Assembly (NCBI GenBank): GCA_964016885.1
Contig: OZ024743.1
Location: 185,752,001 to 185,816,000, forward strand
Length of the DNA stretch: 64,000 nucleotides
Direction of reading: 5' to 3'
DNA from: Eledone cirrhosa
Taxonomy: Eukaryota
This document shows positions 11,723 through 25,526 of this stretch, one piece after another; within the stretch, counting starts at the first letter, position 1, and each line of letters begins with the position of its first letter. The position numbers were made by a program, and so were the translations under genes. The notes beneath the pieces are model-generated. The model had not been told where the DNA came from and did not search any database. It saw only the letters and a program-made list of their open reading frames with translations.

Positions 11723-12008
11723 GGTATTGACAATGGAATTTTAGGACCAAGCCTTCTTGATCTTGGCTCTCTAATCCAGGCGCAGTTATACCAGATGAAT
11801 TGGCTATTTATAATTTCTGGTGTTGGCTTCATTTTGGGCTGTATTTTGGTTGGCTGGTTATCATCAAAGATAAACATGAATCTAATTCTTGCTGTGTCCA
11901 TGCTATTTGGATCAGCCACTTTTATCTTTATTCCTTTAGCTCGTCATTTGTCTGTAATGGCAACTTTATTCTTCATTCAAGGACTCACCAAAGGGTTAGT
12001 TGATGTAG
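11723..12008 (+). CDS. MFSD4-like (sodium-dependent glucose transporter 1-like) MFS transporter, coding exon 2
   Basis: Acceptor TTTTGCAG; GIDNGILGPSLLDL (GP[TS]LLDL is typical of the MFSD4 family), hydrophobic helices, QGLTKGLVDVG; donor GTTAGT, phase 1. Confidence 0.88.
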
Positions 12009-12554
12009 GTTAGTATATTTATTTATTAATTCATGCCATTTTGTCAGTTATTTATTAATTCATGCCATGTTGTCAGTCTTTTAAGCATCTTAATTCTGAA
12101 GCCAGCTAAAACTTAACTAAAGATTAATATGTGACTATTCCTTCTGCAATTGTTAACAGACTGCTTGTGTAAAAATGTCAAGACATGAGAATTTTTTGCC
12201 CTGAATTCTTGAATGCATGTACTATAGTTAATTGCTTGACCTTCCATGATTGTAGACATCTATTAACAGCAGAACACTCCATACATACATATGCATGCAT
12301 GTAGTAGCATAGCTACAGCTGAGGTGTGCAAGCTGTTCTGGGTGGCAGTTGATTTGTATTGTATTGTGTTGAATGGGGTTTACAGACTATAGCTATGCCA
12401 TTTCATATATATTCTTTCTCTCTCCCACATCTCCTCCTTTCTCATTCCCCTTCTCTCTCTCCTCCCCTCTCCCATCCTCTCCCTTTTCTCATTTTTATTT
12501 CTATTACCTTTAACCCAACAATCCAATTTCCTTTATTAATTAACCCTTTCGTTA

Positions 12555-12635
12555 ACACACGTGAAACCACTCCTAGTTTGATAACACGCGTGAAACCACT
12601 CCTAGTTTGATAACTCACCTGAAACCACTCCTAGT
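12555..12635. repeat. Tandem repeat, ~3 x 29-30 bp (CACGTGAAACCACTCCTAGTTTGATAA)
   Basis: Directly visible in the second intron of the MFS gene. Confidence 0.8.
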
Positions 12636-13316
12636 ATTAAGCTGTTTATTTTAAAACGCTTAATGTATCATCATTTAAAACCAAATGTATCATCATTTTC
12701 AACACTATCATCACCGTTTAATGTCTATTTTACATGTTTGCATGTGTTAGACAAACTGTCATGTTATAGTCAACTGACCTGTCTGGCCTTATGTCTCATT
12801 TGTACACTTCGTTTTTTGGCTTGGTTTTCTATAACTGGATACTTTTCCTAAAGCCAACTTTATAGTGTGTCCTGAAAGCATTTTTACATAACCTCATTAT
12901 ATAAAATGCTCAAACTTTATAAGAACCAGGGTGCTTACATTTATATGTATGAGTATATAAATATAAACATGCAAACACTTACAAAAATACACACTCACAG
13001 ACATACTTTCACACAAATACACATACATTCACACAAACACACATACTCGCACACAGCATAGCAAATGGAATGCCAGCCACTGTTTTGCTATTGTTTTTTC
13101 ACCATCCCCTTCCTTCCTCTTACATACACATACATTCCCAAACACACACACACATTGTGTGACGGACTGAAGTCACTCAAATTTATATATAGATGTAAAA
13201 TGGGCAAAAAATTATTTTAGAATATTATGAATGCTTGCACATTTTAATAATATTCTTTTGTGATAAGATGTGAAATCAAAAAAGTGATTTTATCTTGTTT
13301 ATCCTTTTATTTTTAG

Positions 13317-14278
13317 GTTGTCTGATCACATGCAACTGGCTATTTCCAACCAAACAAAACTGGGAGATGCAGCTTATTACAGTTGTTGCCTCTTTTACTG
13401 CATTTGTCATTCCATTTATTGTCTTACCATTTCAAAGCAACAAACTTCACATGCTCTCTGAAGCTGACTCTCTACATAACTCAACCCACACCAACGCACA
13501 ATTTCAGAATGATACCATAAATGATGATCCTGCCAATATACAGTATGCTTATGTGATCGCTGCTATCATTACATCTCCACCAATAATAGCTTTTTTTTAT
13601 TATTTCATACATTCTGGATGCAACATTCACTCTAACCATAGTGACTATGAAGACATAACGGGAAAGATTTTAGCAGAAAAATATCCATTGGCTAAAAAGT
13701 CAAAAATGTTGATATTACTCTTCCTGTTTCATATTCCAATTTTTGGTATTACAATTGCCTATAGTAATTTACTAACTACATATGGACTATCAACAAATAG
13801 AAACTTTACAAAAGCTGACTTGGCATTTATGACATCTGTAATGTGGGGGTCATTTTTAATGGGTCGAATACTCACTACAGTTTTTTCCAAAATTTTTGAC
13901 ATTGGAATTCTCTTAACACTAAATTTTGGTGGGTTGTTTTTGTTTGTGGCGCTATTGGTCATACAGATCTATATTCCAAATGAAGCTTTACTCTGGATTG
14001 GGACAAGTGGGTTTGGTCTTTTCCAGTCTTCTTTTCTACCATCAGTGATTTCGTGGGCAGGTAGTTTCCTGAAAATTGATGCTGTTATCCTAACAATTGC
14101 CCTTGTTGCAAGTGGAATTGGAGAAATGTTGATTCCATTCATTGCTGGTTTATGTTTTCATTCGTTAGGACCTTCAAGCTTTATTTACTTAGTATTGGCT
14201 AATTGTTGTTTAGAATTTACAATGTTTGTAATGATGGCATTTTTAAAAAATCATTATAAACAAAATTATTTAATTTGA
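13317..14278 (+). CDS. MFSD4-like MFS transporter, coding exon 3 (spliced product ~437 aa)
   Basis: Acceptor TTTTTAG, phase-compatible; multiple TM helices, MTSVMWGSFLMGR, LWIGTSGFGLFQSSFLP, ASGIGEMLIP; stop TGA ends at 14278. Confidence 0.88.
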
Positions 14279-15553
14279 AATCAGCCATATTGTTTTCCTC
14301 AAATCTCCTAACTCGAGCGATATATATATATATATATTTTAAAAGACGTATTATTTGCAAGCTCCCTGTAAATAAGATGTTTTATGAGACCATTAGTGGT
14401 AGTGAAACTAAACTACAATGGAATGATGAAAATAATTTGTGTGCATTTATATAGAAATTCCTTAAAGCTTTTATGAGAATATATGTGGATTTCTTTTGAC
14501 TAGGTACATGGCATATATTTTGATTGATATATAAAGTTGACTGAATGATACTTGGTTTACTAATCTGGAAAGATGACAGGTAAAGTTGAACTGAAACTGT
14601 GATGAAATATGTTCGGTAAATATAGGATCAACTTAGTTGATTATGTGATGAGAAGTCAAATATTATTTTTGGTAAATATAGGATCAACTTAATTAAGTAG
14701 ACAGATAAATAATAATGTTTACCATCCTTAGTATGCCTACAGTGAAATTTTAATGCATTCCTTCTGTGGATTGCTCAAATACCATTGACAATCAATAAGT
14801 CAAGATATATCTTGAAAATAAATAAAAAAAAAGATTTTTATAAATTCCTTGACAAATCAATACACAATCTAACTTTCTGAGAAACTATGAGATATTTCTT
14901 CTTTCAATGTTTTACAATCTTTTTTAATACAACTAACTCAATGAAAAGTGAAACCTTTCTTCAACTTATAACAAAGAGACACCTTCCCTTTGGCTATTCC
15001 ACTTGCTGGAAACAGAAACTAAATCTTACCATCTTTGAAAGGATTAACTTATTAGATAATGTATCATGGGATGTCAAGGATTAAACATCTTTTATCAGTG
15101 GTCTGCTAGTTCAGAACTGACTTGGATAAAAAGAAAAAAAAGAGTGAGAAATGATTTTAAATACTTGTACAGTTTGAAAAATGTTATTAATTCAGAGTTT
15201 ATATATTCTAATATATTGAGATGGCATACAATTTGACATTTATTGATTTTGTTTACCCAGTTTTGTTATTGTTTTTTATTTACAGCAATAAATTTATTTG
15301 TTCTCTCAGACTTGTTTTTCTTCTTTATATCTTTCAAGTGGTCAGTTGAGCAGAGAAAATGTAAAATTGAGAGGACTTTGACAGAGGCCATAACAATTCT
15401 CTAGTGATAGTGTTATGATAAAATAAACCAAATGCAGACTGTAAGGCGGTTGGCATCAAGAAGGGCATCCAGCCATGCTAAAAATGGGATGTGTGTAGGA
15501 GCGTATCAACTCTGTATAAGAACTGACTTGGACCATAGTGACATATTATTATT

Positions 15554-16085
15554 GGTGGATTGGCAGTATCGGTAGAGGGTCGGACACATGCTTTGACACG
15601 CATAGAGTTACGGTCCTTGCCATTCTGAGTTCGAATCCCGCCGAGGTTAACTTTGCCTTTCATCCTTACGGGGTCAATAAAATAAAGTACCAGTAATGCA
15701 CTGGGTAATTGTTGGCCTTGTGCCAAAAAGTAGAAACAATTATTATTGGATTGGTAGAATCGGTAGAGCGCCAGACACCGTGCTTCACGGCATAGTTACG
15801 TTCCTTTACATTCTGAGTTCAAATCCCGCCAAGGTTAGCTTTGCCTTTCATCCTTACGGGGTTGATAAAATAAAGTACCAGTAATGCACTGGAGTCGATT
15901 TAATCAACTTTCCCATCCCCTTCAAATTGCTGGCCTTGTGCCTAAAGTAGAAATAATTATATTGTTATTATTTGCCTTTCATCCTTCAGGGGACGACAAA
16001 GAAAGTACCAGTTAAGTACTGGTGTTGATATAATTGACTTTCCACTTCCTCTAAATTGCTGGCCTTGTGCCAATGTTAGAAATTA
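15554..16085 (+). mobile_element. Three tandem SINE copies (third is 5'-truncated)
   Basis: Same A/B boxes and core as 7569-7760. Confidence 0.85.
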
Positions 16086-17239
16086 TCAGTTATAATATTA
16101 TTAAAAAAAAAAAAAAAGAACCCATAAACATCTCTTGTAGAGAGCTCAGCTTATACAGTTGCTAAGACACACAAGCTATACTCTTACACCATCTACAGTC
16201 CTCTATACAGTTAGCTGATGTTTAATTCAAGTTTGTCAAAGCATAAAATGTATTAAGGATACAATCTCAGTCCAGTCTTTACTAGCTAAATATACAGAAC
16301 TTATGATTATTAAGAGTACTGTATCTTATCTGCAGTATGACATTAACTCACAACACTTAAGCCAATTGTCTAATAATTTAATCATTTCATTTTGATGGTG
16401 AGTGGAGAGACACTGTGCTGAGAAGGACTTGTCCAACCCATGCAAGCATGGAAAAACAGACGTAAAACAATGATGATGATGATATTTGAAGAGTAAATAA
16501 GTTAAAGACTTCTTGAGAGAACAAGGTTTTTCCCCTGGATAGGATGCCAGTCCATTGCAAGGCTAACCCCCATCTGCTGCTGGTACAAGTACTAATTTTG
16601 CTCAAGGACACAATGCATCACCTGATCTAGGAATTAGTACCATGACCTTATGATTATGAACCCTACACCCTTATCAGTAATTTCATTATCAACACCCTGG
16701 AATGGAATAATTAGTTAATTAATTACTATCCCTCATAGGCAAATACTTTCCTATTAAATATGTAGAAAGATTTTTTTAATAAAAGACATGTAAAGGTCAG
16801 CTAGTCCTGTGTTAAAAAAATGAAGGTAGATATGACCAACTGACCTACCTTAATTTCGTCTCCCTCACAGACACCTAGGTATTCCTAACTGCCTTTTGGT
16901 TCTAATTCTGTTAATGCGATATCCTTATTTAATATTATTGGTAGTTAATAATTTCCCTTTCACATATGTAGCCTTGGCACAATTATTGAGCCTGTATTTT
17001 GATGTCATTAAATTATTTTACACTCTGAAGGAGTCCTTGTAGTTGTTGATCGTTTATTTACAAAAAGATTCAAATAATTCATATAGAAAAGATGATTGAT
17101 GTTTGTTTCATAGATCTTATATCTATATTCAGTTCCATTTAGTAACTTGCTTAAGGAAATCAGTGTCAAGCAGAACAGTAAAGGTGAGTGTCCTTGGAAG
17201 AACCTAGAGTTAATGGTGATGGTTTCTGTGTTGGCTCTT

Positions 17240-18640
17240 TTCTTCTCTTTACTCAATATTTTGTTGTTCCTTTGCCAGATACCATGCTGTCTCCTTTCAT
17301 AAGGTGCTTGCTGAGCCAAGGAATTCATCTCTATATCTGATATCTTCAACCAGCCAGTCTCATTTCTAGCCACTGTCCCTAAGGCTCCTAATACAATTGG
17401 AATGATAACTTTATGGTTATTCTAGATTCTCTCATTATTGTCTCTGTATTTCATATTTTAACCCTTTAGCATTTAAACCGGTTGTATCCGGCCAGAATTC
17501 TCTCCCCTCTTTTTGTTCAAACCAGCTATAATCGGCCACTAATAGTGATGTTAAGGTACGATTCTCAAAATAAATAACATTAAAATCTCATAGATTCGAT
17601 ACTATGTGAGATAAAGTGTTTAGCATGAAAATACAATAGTAAATATAGAGTAATGTAAATGTTAAAGGGTTAAAATCATTACTTTTCTATTATTCTTTGT
17701 CCACCACACTAGTTTCAAATGGGCAACACATCTTTCTTTATTCAATATAACAATATCTGAATGTGAATGTTCCTTTTCTTTATCCATTTGAATCATGTCC
17801 CATAATACTTATACATTGTTGTTTTCAAGAACATGGTTTGGTTGGTGGTCGTACCAGTTGTTCAAATTCAAACTTTTTACACATTTGCCAAAGTAAGATT
17901 GTGGCAACTTTATCATGTTTCCAGTTCTTATCATACTGTTGAAAGCATCTTATATTCAGAGACCACATGCACCACTGTCTCTTCTCTTTCAACACACATT
18001 CTACATGTAACCAGAATATCTTTATTTATATTCTTTCTGATATACCCCATTCTCAAAGCCTGATCCTACACAGCTAAGATTAAACACTGTCTCTCTCTTC
18101 ATATCTTTTTTAGTCACTGGAATGATTTTTCATCTAGTTGCCCTTTGGTATTTTGGCTAAAACTTCTCGTGTAATCTTTTCTGCTCATATCATTGCTCTC
18201 TAGTTTCGAAGAATACATTTTGATATCCATTCCTTCACTCTGTATTTCTTCTCTTTGTTCTATCAGTAATATTCTCCCTCAGGCACTGTATCTCTTATTT
18301 CTATCCTCCATTAGCCCTCATCCTCTCTCTTTTCTGTTGAAATATTACCTGTCAACATCTGCCTGTGGTTATAAGATTCTGTATATTGTTATCCCCTTCC
18401 TTATGTTTTCAAGTTCTTTTTGTCCATTTTATTATTCTGGCATTACATCTAATCTTGGATTCATGGTACTGATTGTATTTATGCTGGGTGTGAATTTTAA
18501 TATCTTCTTTACCTTATGCAGATATCCTCTCCTGATTTTGTTTTTCCTTAACCCATCTTATATACCATCAGCTTCCAAAATCCTCAAGATATTTATATCC
18601 ATAACCTGTGTAATGTCTCATATTTGCTGAAATTATTAAA
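17240..18640 (-). mobile_element. Degenerate R4/Dong-like LINE fragment (restriction-like endonuclease type)
   Basis: Minus-strand remnants CRMCVEREETVVHVVS (CCHC-knuckle region) and VIIPIVLGALGTV, with many stops; interrupted by a TTAA MITE. Confidence 0.65.
17462..17669. mobile_element. piggyBac-like MITE
   Basis: TTAA|CCCTTTAGCATTTA...TAAATGTTAAAGGG|TTAA: ~14-bp TIRs with a TTAA duplication. Confidence 0.8.
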
Positions 18641-18970
18641 ATAACATTATTCATCGACTATTATTGTTTTTTTCCTCAATGCATACTTATTTTTAAGGCT
18701 TACTAAAGTATTAAATATGCTAACATTAACTTGACTCATGTTTTTCATGAGGATGGCATCTTTTGAATACCATATATATTCAAATATAAGCTGATCCAAA
18801 TATTTTTATGTGTGAGAAATAGGCAAAAATCCAAACCCTGTTTATAATCTGAGACAGCTAATCAACACATTATGTTTAGATGGTGCAGTTTTGAAATTCT
18901 CATGAGTAGAGAATATATTTATGAAGTTTTCATATTTTGATATTTAAAATGCTTTAAGTGTTATATAAAG

Positions 18971-19139
18971 CAGGCATGTCAAACATGTGGTCTGCAGCCC
19001 ACACAAAGGTTTTTACAGCATAAGCATGTTTTATGTTCATAAAATTAGTTGTAATGTGTGCAATTAGTTGTATGTGACCCTCAAACAACACATATGTGAC
19101 CTATGTGGCCCTTGGGGGACCCTCAGTTTGACATGCCTG
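18971..19139. mobile_element. hAT (Charlie-like) MITE
   Basis: Perfect 14-bp TIR CAGGCATGTCAAAC / GTTTGACATGCCTG; flanks ATATAAAG / ATATAGAT (6/8 match). Confidence 0.8.
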
Positions 19140-19442
19140 ATATAGATTATAGTTTTTGTTTCACAACTCCATTACATAATGATTTTTTTACCAATTTCTG
19201 ACCATATTCCTTCAAAACATCAAAATCAATAGGAAATATGAATTTCATGACAAAAGTGAAACTGGTGTAATATCCACCTCCATAGTGAAAATATTTTAGC
19301 ACCTCATTTATGTAGAATTTTGAAGTTGGTGAAAATTGGCAAAATATTAACCTTGAATATTAGTCAACCCCCTATTTTTTTTTTGTCAAATATTTCTTGG
19401 CTTAAATACGAGTAATTTATATAGTAATTTATTTTCATCATA

Positions 19443-20389
19443 TCTCTCTATATATAAAATTCTTTGTCTCTCTTTATGCATTCCCAAATCAAATCAAATT
19501 TTAAAGGTAATAGTATTAGACCCCGGGAGTGACAACATGTATTGTTTTAGTCCAAATGAAAATAAAAATGATAACTTTATCTAAAATAATCTACTATAGA
19601 CAACTATAAATGGATATTTTAGAACAACGTCGCATTTTGTATACGAGTGTATGTGCCTATGTGTGCTTGCGCGTTCATGACGTATGTTATGCCTTAGTAA
19701 GTTACATACACACACATCTTCATGTAAATACTTAATCAGATACACAGAGAATTAAACATGATTCGAATGCTGGTTTACACATGCACACACATATATTCAA
19801 TTATCAATATAATTATCTATATTTACATATAATATAAAAGATTTGAACTTCCATCATCCTTTTGAGAAACATGGAACCGCTACTTCTACGCAATGGCACA
19901 CACTTTACAGCGAGGATGATGATGAACCATTTCCTAGAGGTCACTATTCTTGGAGGCAACCATCAGGGAGAAAATGCATTTAGTCCCAAGATTCCTCTTA
20001 TCCTTTCCTCTACCGAGCTGCCATTCAAATTCTCAAGACTTATATTTCCCTGTTAGAGCCAATTTTGCTATAGCCGCACATAAAGCTCAGGTTCAGAGTT
20101 TCAAAGTTGTAGAATTGAATATGAGAGAATCGGTTTCTACCCATGGACAGTTATATGTCGGTTGTTCACAAGTGGAAACACCTAGGACTCTTCATATACT
20201 ATGCACGAACGGTAAAATGAAGAATTTGGTGCATCTGGAAGATTTTCTTTTACTGCTTATTTGTTTGTAACACATACACCACGGTCTCACCTCATACTGT
20301 AAACCAGACAAATATCCAATACAGTCATTTTCTCTTCTACCTGATTTCTCTTATCTGTTTACCCAGGTGAAGCTGGGTACGTCAGCTAG
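19443..20389 (+). mobile_element. Internally deleted Helitron with a PIF1-type helicase C-terminal remnant
   Basis: PKIPLI..ELPFKFSRLIFP / FAIAAHKAQVQS..THGQLYVGCSQV (helicase motifs V-VI, frameshifted); 3' hairpin ACCCAG-gtgaag-CTGGGT followed by CTAG|T. Confidence 0.85.
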
Positions 20390-21789
20390 TTATTTTATAT
20401 TTGCTTTCCATATTGGCATGGAATGGATAGGTTGTTACAATCTAAATCAGATTTTATTTGGAGTTACTGCCCTCTTAGATGGGTCAGGGAACCAGGTCTT
20501 ATTTGTGTGGTCCATTTTTCGCCAGATACCCTTTATAACACCAACAATTTCACATGACACTAACACTTGAAAGGTTATTTCATTCACAGCAAAACTAAAG
20601 AGTCCTCTTCATACTATGCAGTCTTCACTCTTTGAAGCCAAACATGATCAAGAGTGTGATTATAAGGGGAATGATGACCAGGAGTTGAAAAAGGAAAGAT
20701 TATGATTATGGGGACATAGTAATAGGATAGTAGGGGAGGAAGGAGGAAAAGGAATAATGGTAGCTGCATGCTGGTTGATCAAAAAACAGCATGGATAATG
20801 TAAAGGGATAGCATCTAGCACCTCATTGCCATTTTATAATTAGGAGCTTCCACATGCCAAAATCCAGCTTCTGTTTTCAACTGGTCTTTGATAACGAAAT
20901 ACCTTGATCCAATGGCAAATAATCCAAGACAATTTGAGGTAACAAACTACTGCAGCCATCATCCACCATCACAACCATCATTCTGCCTGTTCTATGGGAC
21001 TTCACTGTACCACTGGCATTAGAGACAAGAGAGGTTGCTATCACTTGTTGAAGTTACTGCTTCAAGTTCTTAATGTGAAAGGGTAGCAATGGACTATAAA
21101 ACATTAGAGCAAAAAGCAAAGTGAAATGTTTGTAGACAAATTGAAGGATCCATATTATTTCAGGGATAACAACAACAGATTCATTGAAAAAATAATTTTA
21201 TTCAATCAATATTCCAAATCAAGTGTTTTGCTTGTAAAAAATAAATTAGGAGGAAAAAAAAAGCTTCAAAATGAATAATTAAAAATCAGTAACATAAAAT
21301 GGAAGGAAATACACAGAAAGGAACTTAGTTGTAAAAATTTGTATTTGTTGAAAACTATATTTTTGTGAGCAATAATGCTTTTAATATTCAACTGTTCATT
21401 ATATCCAGAAAGTGATTAATGAACCAACTTGTTTAATACTTTATTTTTATATTCAATGCTGTATGGGTAAATACTGAAAATTCTGAAAAATCTAATAGAA
21501 TTTTTCGTTGAAGAGAAAAAGTAGAGTATGAGAATTCCTTTAGAATATTTTTTTCAGTGTTTAAAAAAAAACAACAAATTCGTCTTGTATGTTCTTTAAT
21601 ATCTAGTAGAGATATCTCCTGCCAAATTTCTTCTCATGGAATATGTACAAGACCGAATAAAAAACAAACATTTGTTGCAGTAGTCTTATGTTGCTGAGTG
21701 AAAGGTTGCTAATCTATCAGCTAACACTTTGACCAACCAAATTAACATTACTACAAAGTGACAGCTTTTAAAGGAGCCCACTTTTAGAA

Positions 21790-22072
21790 ATGTTTAGCCT
21801 AGATCCACAATAACTGTCTATATGTTACAAAGGCTGTTGTTAAGCCAGTGTTTAGCATTAGATCCACAATAACAGTATGTGTTACAACAGCTGTTGTTTG
21901 GTTAGTGTTTAGCATTAGATCCACAATAACAGTATGTGTTACAACAGCTGTTGTTTAGTTAGTGTTTAGCTTTAGATCCACAATAACTATCTGTGTCACA
22001 ATAGCTTTTGTTAAGCCAGTGTTTAGCTTTAGATCCACAATAACTGTTTTATGTGGCATACAGTTCTGTTGT
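21790..22072. repeat. Minisatellite, 5 x ~57 bp
   Basis: Unit GTGTTTAGCATTAGATCCACAATAACAGTATGTGTTACAACAGCTGTTGT.. recurring at ~21790, 21848, 21905, 21962, 22019. Confidence 0.9.
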
Positions 22073-23258
22073 ATAAAGCAATTGTTGAGAAGAGTAACTG
22101 AAGAGTAACTCTAGCTTTTGGGATGCAGTCTTGCCAGCAATATTGTGTGTTTGTGATAGTCTTAAAAGGTCACCAGAGATTGTGAGGTCTAGTGTTGTGC
22201 AAATGTTTTCTTGATATGTGTACTAATTGTGTTTTAGTGTTTTTGAATGGGACTGGTTTTGTGAATTTTAAATTTACTTTCTTGAAAAAGAAAAAAAAAA
22301 AAGCACGAATGGTTTTCCCAATGAAGGATGTAATCATAAATTAATCAAATTATAAGATGTTTTCATTCAAAAAATTTTTTTTCAGTGCAACATCATCTTT
22401 GCTGACAAACTTTTGTTGAAGACAGATGGTATGTATTGACCAAAATCTAGATGCTAAAAACAAACTATAGAATGAATGCTCTAACTAATCACTGAATTAT
22501 AATTACACTGCTTGTCACAAATATTTTACCTTGGTAACAAAAGTATTTTACTTTTGAAACAAAATATCTGTTTTTAAAAATCAATTTTTTTAAATCATCA
22601 TCATCATTATTGTTTAAAATGTATATTAAATACATGATGATGATGATTGTTGAAAAAATTATTTTAAGAGTAACTGAATTTTTCAAATAATGTGACTAAT
22701 ATTTTTTGTGAGAAAGCTGAAAGTTTCAAAAGACCGTTTAAATAAAACAGTCTATAGTTCTGTTATATTCAATGGAACCATTACAAAAATATATTTTTTC
22801 TTTATATAAACAAAAAGGAAAATAGATGAGAAAACAAATTTGAAAAAAACAAAACAAGAATTAAATTGGAAAATGATTGGAGAAACATTGAAGAAAGTTG
22901 TGTTACAGAAAGCAAAATAATTCCTGCAAGCGTTGTATAAGAAGGTGAAAATCATGTGTTTATTAATAATTTATTTAATTTTTTAAAATTTTTATGGGAA
23001 AACAATCCTGCAAATTAAATATAGTAATAGTAGCGGTGATGTTTCTTTTTTTTTTAGAATTTAAAGCATTAAAATTTAGAAACAAATGAAAAGAAAAAAA
23101 AAAAATTATCAAATCTGTCTCCAATTTTTTTCTTTAAAATAATTACACAGCAACTATTGTAATGATACCTACTTTATGTTATTTTTGTTTATTGGCTTTA
23201 CACTATTTCTTTAAACACAAGAATGGTGGTGTTTCATTGAACAGTATAAGTCTAGCAC

Positions 23259-23359
23259 TCATAGTTTCTGATATCTGTCTGTAGTGTTGCTATCACTTAT
23301 TTCTTTTTTATTGTTAATTTCTTCAATGTCAAAATTACATGCATTTCTCTTGGGTGGAC
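23259..23359 (-). CDS. NPC1: NPC1 terminal coding exon
   Basis: Acceptor TTTGTACAG, phase 1 G|GT: GPPKRNACNFDIEEINNKKEISDSNTTDRYQKL*. Confidence 0.85.
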
Positions 23360-23647
23360 CTGTACAAATGAAAAAGTAAATAAACAAATAAATAACTGAA
23401 TAAATAAATAAAGAGGAAAGAAAGCAAGAGAAACTCAAATTATAAATATTTGACAAGGGATTTTTGTAAAGAAATTGTGATAATCATGTTTTTTTTCTAA
23501 GAATATTAAGCAATATAAGGAAATGATATAATTATAAACAGGAATAAAAAACAAATTACGAAATTGATATTCCAAGAACTTAATCTGACTATGGAATTTG
23601 TCATAGCGATATAATTACAGAGTGCAGCCTAGCTGTATACACAGTAT

Positions 23648-24075
23648 ATAGCATTGGCCTTGCAATCGAAAGGTTGCCAGTTCAATTCTCAGACCGGGTG
23701 ATGTGTTGTTTCCTTGAGCAAGACACTTTATTTCACATTGCTCCAGCTTACTCAGCTGTAGAAATGAGATGTTAGGGACCCCAGTCCCTATCATCTCATT
23801 TCTACAGACCGGGTGATGTGTTGTTTCCTTGAGCAAGACACTTTATTTCACATTGCTCCAGCTTACTCAGCTGTAGAAATGAGATGATAGGGACTGGGGT
23901 CCCTATCATTCCACTGTAAAGTGGTCGTGGAGGTGCCACAGCAAAAAAGTACCCAGCACGCACTGTAAATGAGGTTGGTGTTAGGAAGGGCATCTAGCTG
24001 TAGAAATCAAGCCAGAATCAGTTCCCATCCCACCCTTGCAAGCAGGGAAAAGCGGACGTAAGATGAAATGAAAAA
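23648..24075 (+). mobile_element. Second SINE family with an RTE-derived 3' tail (internal ~115-bp duplication)
   Basis: tRNA-like head, CCTTGAGCAAGACACTTTATTTCACATTGCTC core twice, tail CCCACCCTTGCAAGCAGGGAAAAGCGGACGTAA.ATGAAATG; sister copy at 53146-53490. Confidence 0.8.
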
Positions 24076-24904
24076 ATGATAGCAGTTGGAACACAGCCTA
24101 GCTATATAATACAGTATACAGTAGATGGAACACAGCCTAGCTATATAATTCAGTACACAGTAGATGGAACACAACCTAACTATATAATACAGAAAATACT
24201 GATTCAAAGCTTGTAGCTGGGAACTACTGTCCAGTATTGGAATACACAAACAGGATGAAACTCCGACTGAATGCTTCAGAAGTTCACTTTACAATTATGA
24301 GGTTCTAAATCCAATTCCATTGTATGACTGAGTAAATGTCTTCTACAGTAGCCTTGTGAATGCAATTGGGTAGAAAGAAACAGTAAAGACTCATCAAATT
24401 GACGGTAACCATAATTCAGAGGACAAGTCTAGTACACACTGTATCAATCTGATAGTGCTTAGTGATCATGTTAAAGGTAGAAATCATCATTAACATTGTT
24501 CAATATCTATTTCCATGATTGCATGGGTTAGACAGGTTGTCATGTTCTGAGGCTAGGCAAATCAGGAGACCATGTCTTGCTCATACATTCTATTTTTAGA
24601 TTGGTTTCAAAGGTCAGATGCCTTCCTTAACACCAAATACTTTACAATGTACACTGGGTACATTTTATTGTGACACTGACATGGTCACCTTACAGGGTGG
24701 ACTGGGTGATTTTGTTGTAGCACAAGCACGCCTTACAATGTGGATCGAGTGCTCTTGTAATGGCACTGGCACGACTACTTTATAGTGCAGACTGGAAGGG
24801 TTTTTTATCATGGCACTAGGACTACCACTTTACAGAGTAGACTAGATGCATTTTTAATGTGGAATACTCAGCCACTTTCTGTGAAAAATACATGAAATAC
24901 TTAC

Positions 24905-25067
24905 CAACATAACTCAGCAAAACAGGTAAAAACATTAGTCCATGAGTAGCCCCAAATAATACAATGCCAAGATACATTCGGAAATAGAAAACTCTGAATA
25001 TCTGGGACTTTGAAAAGGCAAGAATAATAATGCCAAAAAGTTTAGTAAGTGTTATTCCACTCATTAC
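24905..25067 (-). CDS. NPC1: NPC1 exon (163 bp; TM12-13)
   Basis: [55 protein letters not shown]; AG/GT boundaries. Confidence 0.96.
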
Positions 25068-25262
25068 CTGGAAAATAAAATAATAGTTATGATATTATAT
25101 TGGTTTCAAAGAGAATCCAGTCATAAAAATATATAGTCTTGAACACATTTAAATGACTAATATTACAGATTCATTAAATGATTCAGAATATGGACAAACA
25201 GATGGAAATAAACAAAGAATTAATCTTGAAACACTAATTCTTCTGAACAAATATAACATTAA

Positions 25263-25374
25263 CTAGACCACCCGTGACCCATTGGGTCACATTCACTTAA
25301 AAATAGTTTTTAAATAATTAAAATATACACAGACATCTATCTTATGTAAAATGAAATTGGAAGGCCCATATATA

Positions 25375-25436
<62 letters not shown>

Positions 25437-25494
25437 TGTGGGTGTCTGTGACCGCTATACATTGGTCACAGACATACACACATATATATATATT

Positions 25495-25526
<32 letters not shown>

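Noticed and set aside
18193-18630. 145-aa hydrophobic plus-strand ORF
   Set aside because: Antisense shadow of the degenerate A-rich R4-like LINE.
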